From an uncultured Acidobacteriota bacterium (GTDB lineage Bacteria > Acidobacteriota > Thermoanaerobaculia > Multivoradales > UBA5704), in the NCBI GenBank assembly GCA_963770895.1, contig CAVYRF010000002.1:5280001-5344000 (forward strand): a DNA stretch of 64,000 nucleotides, read 5' to 3'. Made by a program: the position numbers and the translations under genes. The notes below the pieces were generated by a model. That model worked only from the letters and a program-made list of their open reading frames with translations. It was not told the origin of the DNA and did not search any database. Within the stretch, counting starts at the first letter, position 1, and the number at the start of each line of letters is the position of its first letter. Below, piece after piece: positions 19,227-28,788 of this stretch.

Positions 19227-20105
19227 ATGAAGAGCGACGTGATCCTGCGCCAGCTGGCTGGCGCCGCGGACTACCAGGCGTGCTTCGAGCTGCAGCTGCG
19301 CACCTGGGGCGCTGATTTTCGCGAAGCCGTGCCGCCCAGCTTTCTCAAGATCTCGCAATACGTGGGCGGCGTCGCGGCCGGGGCGTTCGCGGCGGATGGG
19401 CAGCTGCTCGGCTTCGTCTACGGCCTGACCGGAGTGCGGCCGCCGGGAGGCGGGCGCCTGCTGCCGCCGGTGCCGGCGCCGGCGCCGGCAGCGGGTGCGG
19501 CGGCGCAGCTGGTGCACTGGTCGCACATGCTGGCGGTGGTGCCGGAGGCGCGTGACCTGCGTCTGGGGATGCGGTTGAAGCTCTATCAGCGCGACCTGCT
19601 GGCGTCCCTGGGCGTGCCGGACATGGAGTGGACGTTCGACCCGCTGGAAGCGCGCAACGCCAACCTCAATCTCAACCTGCTGGGCGTCCAGGTGATCGAG
19701 CACGTCCAGGACATGTACGGCGGCGACATGGGCAGCCAGCTGGCAGAGGGCATCGGCACCGACCGCTTCGTCGTCCGCTGGCACCTTGCCGGCGGCACGG
19801 GCGGTGCTGCGCCGGCAGACGGCGCCGGGCGTTCGGCAGCCACCGCGGCCGAGTTTTCTACGGTGCCCTGCGCACCGCTGGCGGTGGCGGGCACGGAGCG
19901 GCTGCCTGCCGCGCCGCGCGTGCGGGTCGAGGTGCCGGCGCGCATTCAGGAGCTGAAGGCCGCGGAGCCGGAGCGGGCTCTGGCGTGGCGTTTGGCGACG
20001 CGGCAGGCATTTACCTGGTACCTGGCCGGCGGCTACCGGGTGGCGGGCTTTTATCGCGACGCCGACGGACGGTGCTTTTACGCTGTGGAAAGAGGCGCGG
20101 CATGA
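19227..20105 (+). CDS. GNAT-fold acyltransferase of the type linked to NSAR/OSBS genes
   Basis: GGVAAGAF, HWSHMLAV, LKLYQR, WTFDPLEARNANLNL, TDRFVVRW, WRLATRQAF. Confidence 0.85.
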   Translation: MKSDVILRQLAGAADYQACFELQLRTWGADFREAVPPSFLKISQYVGGVAAGAFAADGQLLGFVYGLTGVRPPGGGRLLPPVPAPAPAAGAAAQLVHWSHMLAVVPEARDLRLGMRLKLYQRDLLASLGVPDMEWTFDPLEARNANLNLNLLGVQVIEHVQDMYGGDMGSQLAEGIGTDRFVVRWHLAGGTGGAAPADGAGRSAATAAEFSTVPCAPLAVAGTERLPAAPRVRVEVPARIQELKAAEPERALAWRLATRQAFTWYLAGGYRVAGFYRDADGRCFYAVERGAA

Positions 20106-20533
20106 CGACGGGTGGCGAGGCGGAGGTGCCGGCGCTGCCGGAGGTACCGGAAGCGCCGGCGGCGCGACAGGTGGCGGCGGCGGTGCCGCGGGTCGACCGC
20201 GTGGTGTTGCGCGAGATCGGGCTGGTTGGGCGGCGTGCGCCAGCGTATCGCGGTGGACGTGTCGCTGGGATTGCAAGACAGCCCCGCGGCGCTGGTGGCG
20301 CAGGCGAGCGCTGCGGCCACAACGTCGCCCTGGCGTCGCTCGCCAACTTCACGTTGCCGGGCGACCTGTCGCCGAGCGACCGCTATTGGGAGCGCGACAT
20401 CGTCGAGCCCGCCTGGACCATGGACAGCGGCGGCTGGATGCGGGTGCCGCACGACCGCCCCGGCATCGGCGTGACGGTGGATACCGCCCGCGTCGAGGCG
20501 CTGACGGTGCGCCGCGAGGAGCTGCGTGGGTGA
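20102..20533 (+). pseudogene. internally deleted o-succinylbenzoate synthase / N-succinylamino acid racemase (menC-like)
   Basis: N-terminal VDRVVLREIGL; middle LGGVRQRIAVDVSLGLQDSP in another frame; C-terminal HNVALASLANFTLPGDLSPSDRYWERDIV...PGIGV; only 143 codons. Confidence 0.8.
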
Positions 20534-20915
20534 CGGGACCTGGCGCCTGCTCGCCGGTGCGGTGGTCGTGCTGCACTTCTGCTTTGTGCTCTTTGTCGCC
20601 CTGGGCGGATTGCTGGTCTGGCGGCGGCCCCGCCTGGCCTGGGCGCACCTGCCGGCCGTCGCCTGGGGCATCTGGATCGAGGTGTCCGGCGGCATCTGCC
20701 CTCTGACCCCGCTGGAAAACCACCTGCACCGGCTGGGCGGCGCGGCGGGATACAGCGGCGACTTCATCGGTCACTACCTGCTGCCCGTGCTCTACCCCGC
20801 GGGGTTGGACCGGCCGCTGCAATTCGCGCTTGCGGCGCTGGTGCTGATCCTGAACCTGGCGGTGTACGGCCGTCTGGCATGGCGCCGTCTGCCGGCCGGC
20901 GGCCGCCGTCGCTGA
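20526..20915 (+). CDS. DUF2784-family membrane protein
   Basis: LHFCFVLFVALGG, HLPAVAWG, ICPLTPLEN, FIGHYLLPVLYP. Confidence 0.85.
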   Translation: MGDGTWRLLAGAVVVLHFCFVLFVALGGLLVWRRPRLAWAHLPAVAWGIWIEVSGGICPLTPLENHLHRLGGAAGYSGDFIGHYLLPVLYPAGLDRPLQFALAALVLILNLAVYGRLAWRRLPAGGRRR

Positions 20916-20966
20916 TCCCCTGGCCTGTCGGCTGCCCAGCGCTGACACGATGGCTAGTCTGGCTAA

Positions 20967-21590
20967 TCACTGCAATCGGTGATCGAGGAGCTTGCCGGCC
21001 TGTTCCAGGCACACGGCGCCGGCGGCTTCCAGCAGGTAGGCGAGCGCGGCCGGCGAGCGGGCAAGCATCGCGGCGACGTGCAGCGCCGCCACGAAGTCCT
21101 CGTCGAAGTCGCGCAGGTGACCGGCTGCAGGGGGCTGCGGCGGTCGGTGACCGGCGACGGGTGCGGGGTCTGGATGGGTGGTGGCGTTGGGCGGTGCAGG
21201 AGGGGCGGGCAGAGCGGGTTGGGGGCTGCCGGCGGGGGTGATGTCGCCGGGGGTAGCGGTGTCGTGGGTACGCAAGGCGAAGCCTGCCGGTTCGGGGTCG
21301 GTCTGCAGGCGGAAGAGGGGATCGCGGCCCGAGCCGGGCAGCACGGCCGCGGCCAGCAGGGCGGTCTGCCTGCGGCGGAAGACGGCATACGGCTGGTCGC
21401 CGGCGGCCAGGCTCTCACCCTGGCGCAACAGGGCGAAGCCGGATGCTCCCAGATAGCCGACCGGCGTCACCGTCCAGGGGCCTGCGGTCCACGCTTCGTG
21501 GGCGCCCTCGGGTTCGGGCAGGCGGTCCAGGCGCCGCAGGAAGTCGGCGGCGAATGCATTGTGGGACGGGGCGCTGCGGGTGGGCGGCAT
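20967..21590 (-). CDS. hypothetical protein with a Pro-rich insertion
   Basis: AAGGAG RBS; NAFAADFLRRL...AGPW...ALLAAAVLPG.GRDPLFRL...LAYLLEAAG; own sigma70-like promoter. Confidence 0.7.
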   Translation of the reverse strand: MPPTRSAPSHNAFAADFLRRLDRLPEPEGAHEAWTAGPWTVTPVGYLGASGFALLRQGESLAAGDQPYAVFRRRQTALLAAAVLPGSGRDPLFRLQTDPEPAGFALRTHDTATPGDITPAGSPQPALPAPPAPPNATTHPDPAPVAGHRPPQPPAAGHLRDFDEDFVAALHVAAMLARSPAALAYLLEAAGAVCLEQAGKLLDHRLQ

Positions 21591-21676
21591 GGCGCGCGGG
21601 CTCCTTCGGCGGCGGTGGCTTGGGTCGCGCCGGGGTGTGGCTGCGGCGGCGCGACTTACGCTCTGTTTACGCCATG

Positions 21677-21705
21677 AGCATATGAGGAGAGGGGGCGGCA
21701 GTCAA
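21677..21705 (-). promoter_or_regulatory. sigma70-type promoter for the 20967-21590 gene
   Basis: TTGACT-17 nt-TATGCT on the minus strand. Confidence 0.55.
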
Positions 21706-21898
21706 CCGGCCGGGGCGCGGATGTCGCGTGCGGCGTACAGGTCGAAACCTGGCGGCGGCCGGCAGGGACATACAGGCCGAACACATTGCGCCGGGTGCGG
21801 TCCGCGGTCGCCGTCCACCGCTCGATCGCCGCCCCGCCTTACCGCCTGGCGTGCGCCGTCTAGCCGCCGCCGGGAGCCCCAAGGAGATTCCGATCACC

Positions 21899-23319
21899 AT
21901 GCGCCTCTTTCGCACCAGCGCCTTGACCGCCTTCGCACTGCTCCTGCTGCTCGGCGTTTGCGCCGTGCCGTCGCAGGCCGCCAATCACATGATCGTGACC
22001 GGGCCGGGCCTGACGTTCACGCCCTCGACCCTGACCATCACCGCCGGCGACACCGTGACCTTTTCCAACCCGTCGGTGGGCTTCCACGACGTGCACGCCG
22101 ACGACAACAGCTTCCGCTGCGCCAACGGCTGCGACGGCAGCGGCGGCAACGGCGATCCTTCGACCAACGACTGGAGCTTCACCCTCACCTTCAACCAGGC
22201 CGGCACCGTCGGCTATCACTGCGAGATCCACGGCTCCCCCGGCGCGGGGATGCACGGCACCATCACGGTCCAGGCCGGATCGGCGCCGCCGCCGCCCCCC
22301 GCCGCCGGCGCCCTCGGTTTCACCCGCACCGGCTACGGCGTCGCCGAGAACGCCGGCAACGTCACCATCGTCGTGGCTCGCACCTCGGGCACCGGCGGCG
22401 GGGTTTCGGTGCAGTACGCCACGGCCAACGGCTCCGGCACCGCCGGCGCGCAGTACAGCAGCGCCTCGGGCGCTCTCCACTGGGCTGACGGCGACGGCGC
22501 CAACAAGACTTTCCAGGTGCCGGTGCTCGACGACGGCAAGGTGGACGGCAGCCACACCGTCAATCTGTCGCTGTCCAACCCCACCGGCGGCGCCACCCTC
22601 AGCACCGCGACCAGCGTGCTGACGATCACCAATACCGACAGTTCCACGCCGCCGCCGCCGCCCCCCCCACGGCGCCCGCGGCGCCGACCGGCCTGACCGC
22701 GACCCCGGTCGATACCGCCGACATCGCTCTGTCCTGGACTCTCAACTCAACCGACGACACCAACGTGCACGTGCAGAGCAAGCCGCTCGACGGCAGCGCC
22801 TTCCAGGATTTGCCGCTGCTGCCGGCGGGCACCACCACGCTGACGGTATCCGGCCTGTCGCCGGCCACCGGCTACGGCTTCCAGGTGCGGGCCGAAAATT
22901 CGTCGGGCGCTTCCGCCTACACCGCCGAGACGGACGCGGCGACCTTTGCCACGCCGGGAGCGTGCACGGCCGACGCCAATACTCTCTGCCTGGGCACCAA
23001 CGGGCGCTACAAGGTGACGGTGAACTGGACGGGCAACGGCCAGACAGGCCTGGGCAGCGCCATCCCGCTCGCCTCCAACCCCGATTCGGGTCTCTTCTAC
23101 TTCTTCAGCCAGAGCAATATCGAGATGCTGGTCAAGGTGCTCAACGCCTGCACGCCGCCGTTCAACGACTACTGGGTGTTCTTTGCCGCGACCACCAACG
23201 TGCAGTTTGCGGTGACCGTCGTGGACACCACGTCGAACCAGACGCGCGTCTACTTCAATCCCCTCAACCAGGCAGCCCTGCCGGTCCAGGACACGGCGGC
23301 CTTTGCCACCTGTCCGTAG
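21899..23319 (+). pseudogene. secreted cupredoxin + Calx-beta + FN3 + conserved Cys-containing C-terminal domain protein, frameshifted at a C8 tract (22661-22668)
   Basis: Signal peptide; type-1 Cu ligands FHDVH...YHCEIH...GM; Calx-beta VAENAG...VQYAT.NGS; after the tract another frame continues TAPAAPTGLTAT...LCLGTNGRYKV...DTAAFATCP. Confidence 0.8.
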
Positions 23320-23515
23320 GCGACGCCGGCCGCGACGTCCCGGTGCCCCGCCTTCCATCGCCGGCAGCGATGGAGGGCGGGGACTGCCGCGGGAGCCGGG
23401 AGAGCCGGCGCCTTCACGACCCCCTCGGGTGAGGGACGGAGACCAACGGCGTATGGTAAAGCCCCAACAACGTTGGGGATGGGAAGCGGAATTATTCTCT
23501 GGTAGCATAGTGCGC

Positions 23516-24250
23516 ATGCTTGGGCTCCGCGCCGCCACACCCTTCGAAAAACGTTTGGGCTACCGTTTTCGCCACCCGGGCCTGCTTGAGCTGGCGCTGA
23601 CCCACCGTTCCCATGCCAACGAGCGCGGGCGCGACGCCCACTACGAGCGGCTGGAATACCTGGGCGACGCGGTGCTCGGCCTGGTGACGGCGGACTGGCT
23701 GTACCGCAACCATCCGACGCTTCCCGAAGGCGAGCTGTCGCGGCTGAAAGCGCAGCTGGTCAGCCGCGGCGCCCTGGCCCGCCACGCCGCCGACCTGCAG
23801 CTGGGCGAAGCCCTGCGGCTGGGTGTGGGGGAGGAGCGCTCCGGTGGGCGCGCCAAGCCCTCGCTGCTCGCCGATTCGCTCGAAGCGGTCTTTGGCGCCG
23901 TCTACCTGGACGGCGGCCTGGCGCCCGCGGCCAAGGTCATCACCCGCATGCTGCAGCCGCTGATGGAGATGGGGGAGGGGCGCACGCAGCTGCTGGGGGC
24001 CGACGCCAAGACCAACCTGCAGGAGCTCGCCCAGGCCCGCGCCTGGGCGTTGCCGGAATATCGCCACACCGGCGCTTCCGGCCCGGACCACAGCCGTACC
24101 TACAAAGTCGAATGCTGGCTGGAGGGCCGGCGGGTGGGTGACGGCGAAGGGTCCAGCAAGAAGCTCGCCGAGCAGCGCGCCGCCGCCGCCGCTCTGACGG
24201 CGCTGGCGGAGACGACGCGAAACGCCGAGTCGGCTACAATCGCGCCCTGA
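23516..24250 (+). CDS. rnc: ribonuclease III
   Basis: ALTHRS, ERLEYLGDAVL, ADSLEAVFGAVYLD, dsRBD DAKTNLQE...SKKLAEQRAA. Confidence 0.95.
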   Translation: MLGLRAATPFEKRLGYRFRHPGLLELALTHRSHANERGRDAHYERLEYLGDAVLGLVTADWLYRNHPTLPEGELSRLKAQLVSRGALARHAADLQLGEALRLGVGEERSGGRAKPSLLADSLEAVFGAVYLDGGLAPAAKVITRMLQPLMEMGEGRTQLLGADAKTNLQELAQARAWALPEYRHTGASGPDHSRTYKVECWLEGRRVGDGEGSSKKLAEQRAAAAALTALAETTRNAESATIAP

Positions 24251-25647
24251 TGAGCCAGCCCGCCCAGCCCACGTCTCCGACGCCCCAGCCTCCGCCCCAG
24301 TCGCCTTCGCCGCAGCCTCCGGATGCGGCCGATCAGCCGGCGGCGCCGATCTCCGTCGAGTCCATCCGGGATCTGCGCCACCACCTCGGCCGCGAGATCG
24401 AGCTGCCCGGCTGGCTCGACAACAAGCGCTCCAGCGGCAAGATCGCCTTCCTGCAGATCCGCTCGACCGGCGGCACGGTCCAGGCGGTGGCCAGCCGCGC
24501 CGAGCTGCCGCCGGCGGAGTGGGAGCAGATCGAGCGCGTCACCCAGGAATCGACGGTGCGGCTGCGCGGCCTGGTCAAGGAGGACCGGCGCGCGCCCTCC
24601 GGCGTCGAAGTCCAGCTGCTCGGCTTCACCATCCTGGCGTCGACGCAGGACTTCCCGATCACGCCCAAGGAGCACGGCACGGCGTTCCTGATGGAGCACC
24701 GCCACCTGTGGCTGCGCTCCACCCGCCAGCGCTCCGCCCTGCGGGTGCGCAGCGAAGTCGAGCAGGCGGTGCGCGACTTTTTCTACCAGCGCGACTTCAC
24801 CCTGATCGATTCGCCCATCCTCACGCCGGCGGCATGCGAAGGCACCTCGACGCTTTTTGAAACCGATTACTTCGGCGACAAGGCGTACCTGTCGCAGTCC
24901 GGCCAGCTCTACCTTGAGCCGGCGGCGGCGGCGCTCGGCAAGGTGTACTGCTTCGGGCCGACGTTCCGCGCCGAAAAGTCGAAGACCCGGCGCCACCTGA
25001 TGGAATTCTGGATGGTCGAACCGGAAGTGGCGTTCCTGGAGTTCGACGGCCTCTGCCGGCTGGCCGAAGAGTTCGTGCGCTTCCTGACCGGGCGGGTCCT
25101 GGAGCGCTGCCAGCCGGAGCTCAAGGCGCTGGAGCGCGACACCACGCGGCTCGAGCGCGTGCTGGCACCCGAGCCGTTCCCGCGGCTCACCTACACCGAG
25201 GCGGTGGACATCCTGCGCCAGGGCGGCGGCGCCATCCAGTGGGGCGACGACTTTGGCGGCGACGACGAGACCAAGCTGGCCAGCCGCGGCGATCGGCCGC
25301 TGCTGGTGACCCACTTCCCGACCTCGTTCAAGGCGTTCTACATGCAGCCGGCGGCGGACAACCCGGACGTCGTCCTGGGTCTGGACCTGCTGGCGCCGGA
25401 AGGCTACGGCGAGATCATCGGCGGCAGCCAGAGGATTCACGACCCCGAGCTGCTGCGGCGGCGCATCCAGGATCACAACCTGCCGCTGGCGGCGTTCCAG
25501 TGGTACCTCGACGTGCGGACCTACGGCGCCTTTCCGCACAGCGGCTTCGGCATGGGGATCGAGCGCTTCGTCGCCTGGATGTGCGGCCTGACCCACCTGC
25601 GCGAAACCATTCCGTATCCGCGCATGCTGTACAAGATCTACCCCTGA
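24250..25647 (+). CDS. asnS: asparagine--tRNA ligase
   Basis: OB-fold RSSGKIAFL, AYLSQSGQLYLE, GPTFRAEKSKTRRHLMEFWMVEPE, EIIGGSQR, HSGFGMGIER. Confidence 0.95.
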   Translation: MSQPAQPTSPTPQPPPQSPSPQPPDAADQPAAPISVESIRDLRHHLGREIELPGWLDNKRSSGKIAFLQIRSTGGTVQAVASRAELPPAEWEQIERVTQESTVRLRGLVKEDRRAPSGVEVQLLGFTILASTQDFPITPKEHGTAFLMEHRHLWLRSTRQRSALRVRSEVEQAVRDFFYQRDFTLIDSPILTPAACEGTSTLFETDYFGDKAYLSQSGQLYLEPAAAALGKVYCFGPTFRAEKSKTRRHLMEFWMVEPEVAFLEFDGLCRLAEEFVRFLTGRVLERCQPELKALERDTTRLERVLAPEPFPRLTYTEAVDILRQGGGAIQWGDDFGGDDETKLASRGDRPLLVTHFPTSFKAFYMQPAADNPDVVLGLDLLAPEGYGEIIGGSQRIHDPELLRRRIQDHNLPLAAFQWYLDVRTYGAFPHSGFGMGIERFVAWMCGLTHLRETIPYPRMLYKIYP

Positions 25648-25648
25648 C

Positions 25649-26770
25649 ATGGCGCCGGCGGCGGCGGGCTCCGCCCGCGGCGCGGGCACCAGGGAGTACC
25701 TGACCCTGGCGCTGCTGGCGCTCATCTGGGGCACCACCTGGGCGGCGATCCGCATCGGCCTGGGCGGCATCGCGCCGTTCACCGGCGTCGCCCTGCGCTT
25801 CGCCATCGCCGCGGTGGTGCTGGCCGCCGTGGCGCGGTGGCTCGGTGTGCCGGTGGCGAGCGCCGGCGGCCGCGGCGGGGCCGCGGGCGATCAAGGCAAA
25901 GCCGCCGGCGATCGCGGCACGGCGGCAGGCGAGCTGAGCACGGCCGCCGGTCATCGCGGCGGGGCCGCAAGCGATCGGCGCGGGGCCGGTACGCGGCCGT
26001 GGCGGGTGTGGCTGGCCAACGGCGCGCTCACCTTTTTTGTTGCCTATGGCGTGCTCTATTGGGCGGAGCAGTGGGTGCCGTCGGGCCTTGCCGCCGTGCT
26101 GTTTGCGACCTCGCCGCTGTGGGTGTCGCTGTGGGCGCACCTGGCACTTCCCGGCGAGCGCTTCAACGCCGCCACCGTGGCCGGAGTGGTGGTCGGTTTC
26201 GCCGGCGTCGCGGTGATCTTTTCGCAGGACCTCGCGGCGCTGGGCGGCCCGCGGGTGGCCGGCGCCGCGGCGCTGCTGCTGCTGTCGCCGCTGGCTTCGG
26301 CGCTGGGGGTGGTCGCGGTCAAGCGGTGGGGAGGCGGGCTGCACCCGCTGACCATCACCACCGTCCCCATGGCGCTGGCGGCGATCGCCATGGGCTGCAT
26401 CGCCGCGGCCGTGGAAGGCGGGCGGCCGCCGCGCTGGGACGCCGTGTCGGTCGCGGCGCTGCTCTACCTGGCGCTGGTCGGCTCGGCACTGCCGTTTGCG
26501 CTGTATTTCTGGCTGCTCGGCCGGCTGCCGGCGACCACCACGTCGCTGATCAACTACGTCACGCCGCTGGTGGCGCTGCTGCTGGGGAGCGCGGCGCTGG
26601 GCGAGAGGGTCACCCTGCGCACGCTGAGCGGCGCGGCGCTGGTGGTGGGCGGCGTCGCCGTGGCGCTGCGCGGGCGGGGCGCCGGCAGCGGCGGCAGCCG
26701 CGGCGCGGCAGCAGCGGCAGCAGCGGCGGCCAGCCCGGAAGCGATCCCGGCACCGCTGGGCGACCGATGA
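25649..26770 (+). CDS. EamA/DMT family transporter
   Basis: IWGTTW...ALRF, VPSGLAAVL, YFWLL...NYVTPLVALLLG...GE. Confidence 0.9.
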   Translation: MAPAAAGSARGAGTREYLTLALLALIWGTTWAAIRIGLGGIAPFTGVALRFAIAAVVLAAVARWLGVPVASAGGRGGAAGDQGKAAGDRGTAAGELSTAAGHRGGAASDRRGAGTRPWRVWLANGALTFFVAYGVLYWAEQWVPSGLAAVLFATSPLWVSLWAHLALPGERFNAATVAGVVVGFAGVAVIFSQDLAALGGPRVAGAAALLLLSPLASALGVVAVKRWGGGLHPLTITTVPMALAAIAMGCIAAAVEGGRPPRWDAVSVAALLYLALVGSALPFALYFWLLGRLPATTTSLINYVTPLVALLLGSAALGERVTLRTLSGAALVVGGVAVALRGRGAGSGGSRGAAAAAAAAASPEAIPAPLGDR

Positions 26771-26811
26771 GCGCCGGCGGCACCGCCGAACCGCGATAGG
26801 ATCTGCCGGCG

Positions 26812-28698
26812 ATGCCTACCCGCGAACACAGCCGGCGGAAGCCGGCCCCGCATGGCACTCACCTGGCCGGCCTGGCGCTGGCAGCGCTGGGCGTCGTCTA
26901 TGGCGACATCGGCACCAGCCCGCTGTACTCGCTGCAGGAGTGCTTCCGCGGCGCGCACCCGTTTGCGCCGACGCCGCCAAATATCTACGGCATCATTTCC
27001 CTGGTCTTCTGGACGCTGGTGGTGGTGGTGGCGGTCAAGTACCACCTGTACGTGCTGCGCGCCGACAATCACGGTGAGGGCGGCATCCTGGCGCTGATGG
27101 CCCTGGTGCGCAGCAAGGTGCGCAAGCGGCGCGGCCTGTTCGTCGGGCTGGGGCTGTTCGGCGCGGCGCTGCTCTACGGCGACGGCGCGATCACGCCGGC
27201 GATCTCGGTGCTGTCGGCGATCGAAGGGGTGGTGCTGATCGCGCCGGCCGCGGCGCATTGGGTGGTGCCGGCGACGGTGGCGATCCTGGTGGCGCTGTTC
27301 GCGATCCAGCGCGGCGGCACCGGCGGCATCGGGCGCATCTTCGGACCGATCATGGTGGTGTGGTTCCTGATCGTGGGGCTGCTCGGCCTGCGCGCGGTGA
27401 TCCACCATCCGGCCATCCTGGCGGCGCTCAATCCGCTGCACGCGGTGCGCTTCTTCACCCACCATGGGATGCCGGGCTTCCTGGTTTTGGGCGGGGTGTT
27501 CCTGGTGGCGACGGGCGGCGAAGCGCTCTATGCCGACATGGGCCACTTCGGCGAGATGCCGATCCAGATCGACTGGTTTTCGCTGGTCGGCGTGTCGCTG
27601 GTGCTCAACTACTTCGGCCAGGGGGCGCTGCTGCTGGAAAACCCTGCCGCCATCGATCGCCCGTTCTATCACCTGGCGCCGGATTGGGCGCTGGTGCCGC
27701 TGGTGGTGCTCGCCACCCTGGCGACCATCATCGCCTCGCAGGCCATCATCTCGGGGGCCTTCTCGCTGACCCACCAGGCGATCCAGCTGGGCTACCTGCC
27801 GCGCATGAAGACCATCCACACCTCGGCGGAGGAGACCGGACAGGTCTACCTGCCCGGCATCAATTGGGTGCTGATGGTCGCCACCGTCGGCCTGGTGATC
27901 GGCTTCGGCTCGTCCGACAACCTGGCGGCCGCCTACGGCATCGCGGTCAGCTTGACCATGCTGATCACGACGCTGCTGGCGGCGATCGTCGCCCGCCTCA
28001 TCTGGCGCTGGCCGCTGGTCGCCGTCCTCGGCGTCACCGCTCTGTTTCTCACCTTCGACCTTGCCTTCGTCGTCGCCAATCTGGCCAAGATCGCCGCCGG
28101 CGGCTGGTTCCCGCTGCTGGCCGGAGGCTTGGTGTTCGCCCTGATGTCGAGCTGGCGCCACGGGCGCGAGCTGCTCGAAAGCCGGCAGCACATGGGCTCG
28201 CTCAAGGACTTTGTCGCCGGCGTCGAGGAGCTGCACGTGACGCGCGTTGCCGGCACCTCGGTGTTCCTGTCGCGCCACGGCGCCCGCGTGCCGCCGGCGC
28301 TGCTGCTCAACGAGCAGCACAACCACGTGCTGCACGAGCGGGTGGTGATCCTCACCGTCCTCAACCAGGACGTTCCGTACGTGCCGGACGGGCGGCGCGC
28401 CGAGGTCGAGGAGCTGGGCAAGGGCTTTTTCCGCGTCTCGGTCCGCTACGGCTTCCTGCAATATGCGCGGTTCTCGGACCTGCTGCGCCAGATCGCCCAT
28501 CGCGGTCTGGATCTGCGCGTCGACGGCACGACGTTCTTCATCGGCCGCGAGATGCTGGTGCCCAACCGCCAGCATCCCTGGATGCAGCTGCGCGCCCGCG
28601 TCTTCTCGCTGATGGCGCGGCTGGCGCTGCGTCCCGCCGACTACGTGCTCATCCCCTGCGGGCGCGTGGTGGAAATCTGGTCCCAGGTCGAGCTGTAG
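26812..28698 (+). CDS. kup: Kup potassium transporter
   Basis: GVVYGDIGTSPLY, ADNHGEGG, TGGEALYADMGHF, LAAAYGIAV. Confidence 0.95.
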   Translation: MPTREHSRRKPAPHGTHLAGLALAALGVVYGDIGTSPLYSLQECFRGAHPFAPTPPNIYGIISLVFWTLVVVVAVKYHLYVLRADNHGEGGILALMALVRSKVRKRRGLFVGLGLFGAALLYGDGAITPAISVLSAIEGVVLIAPAAAHWVVPATVAILVALFAIQRGGTGGIGRIFGPIMVVWFLIVGLLGLRAVIHHPAILAALNPLHAVRFFTHHGMPGFLVLGGVFLVATGGEALYADMGHFGEMPIQIDWFSLVGVSLVLNYFGQGALLLENPAAIDRPFYHLAPDWALVPLVVLATLATIIASQAIISGAFSLTHQAIQLGYLPRMKTIHTSAEETGQVYLPGINWVLMVATVGLVIGFGSSDNLAAAYGIAVSLTMLITTLLAAIVARLIWRWPLVAVLGVTALFLTFDLAFVVANLAKIAAGGWFPLLAGGLVFALMSSWRHGRELLESRQHMGSLKDFVAGVEELHVTRVAGTSVFLSRHGARVPPALLLNEQHNHVLHERVVILTVLNQDVPYVPDGRRAEVEELGKGFFRVSVRYGFLQYARFSDLLRQIAHRGLDLRVDGTTFFIGREMLVPNRQHPWMQLRARVFSLMARLALRPADYVLIPCGRVVEIWSQVEL

Positions 28699-28788
28699 CG
28701 GCGGGGGCCAGGCGCCGCCTGCGCGATGGCCGCGATGGGCGGCGCGCGGGCGGCGAGTCCTGACGCCAGGGGTGGCGATCCCCGATGG

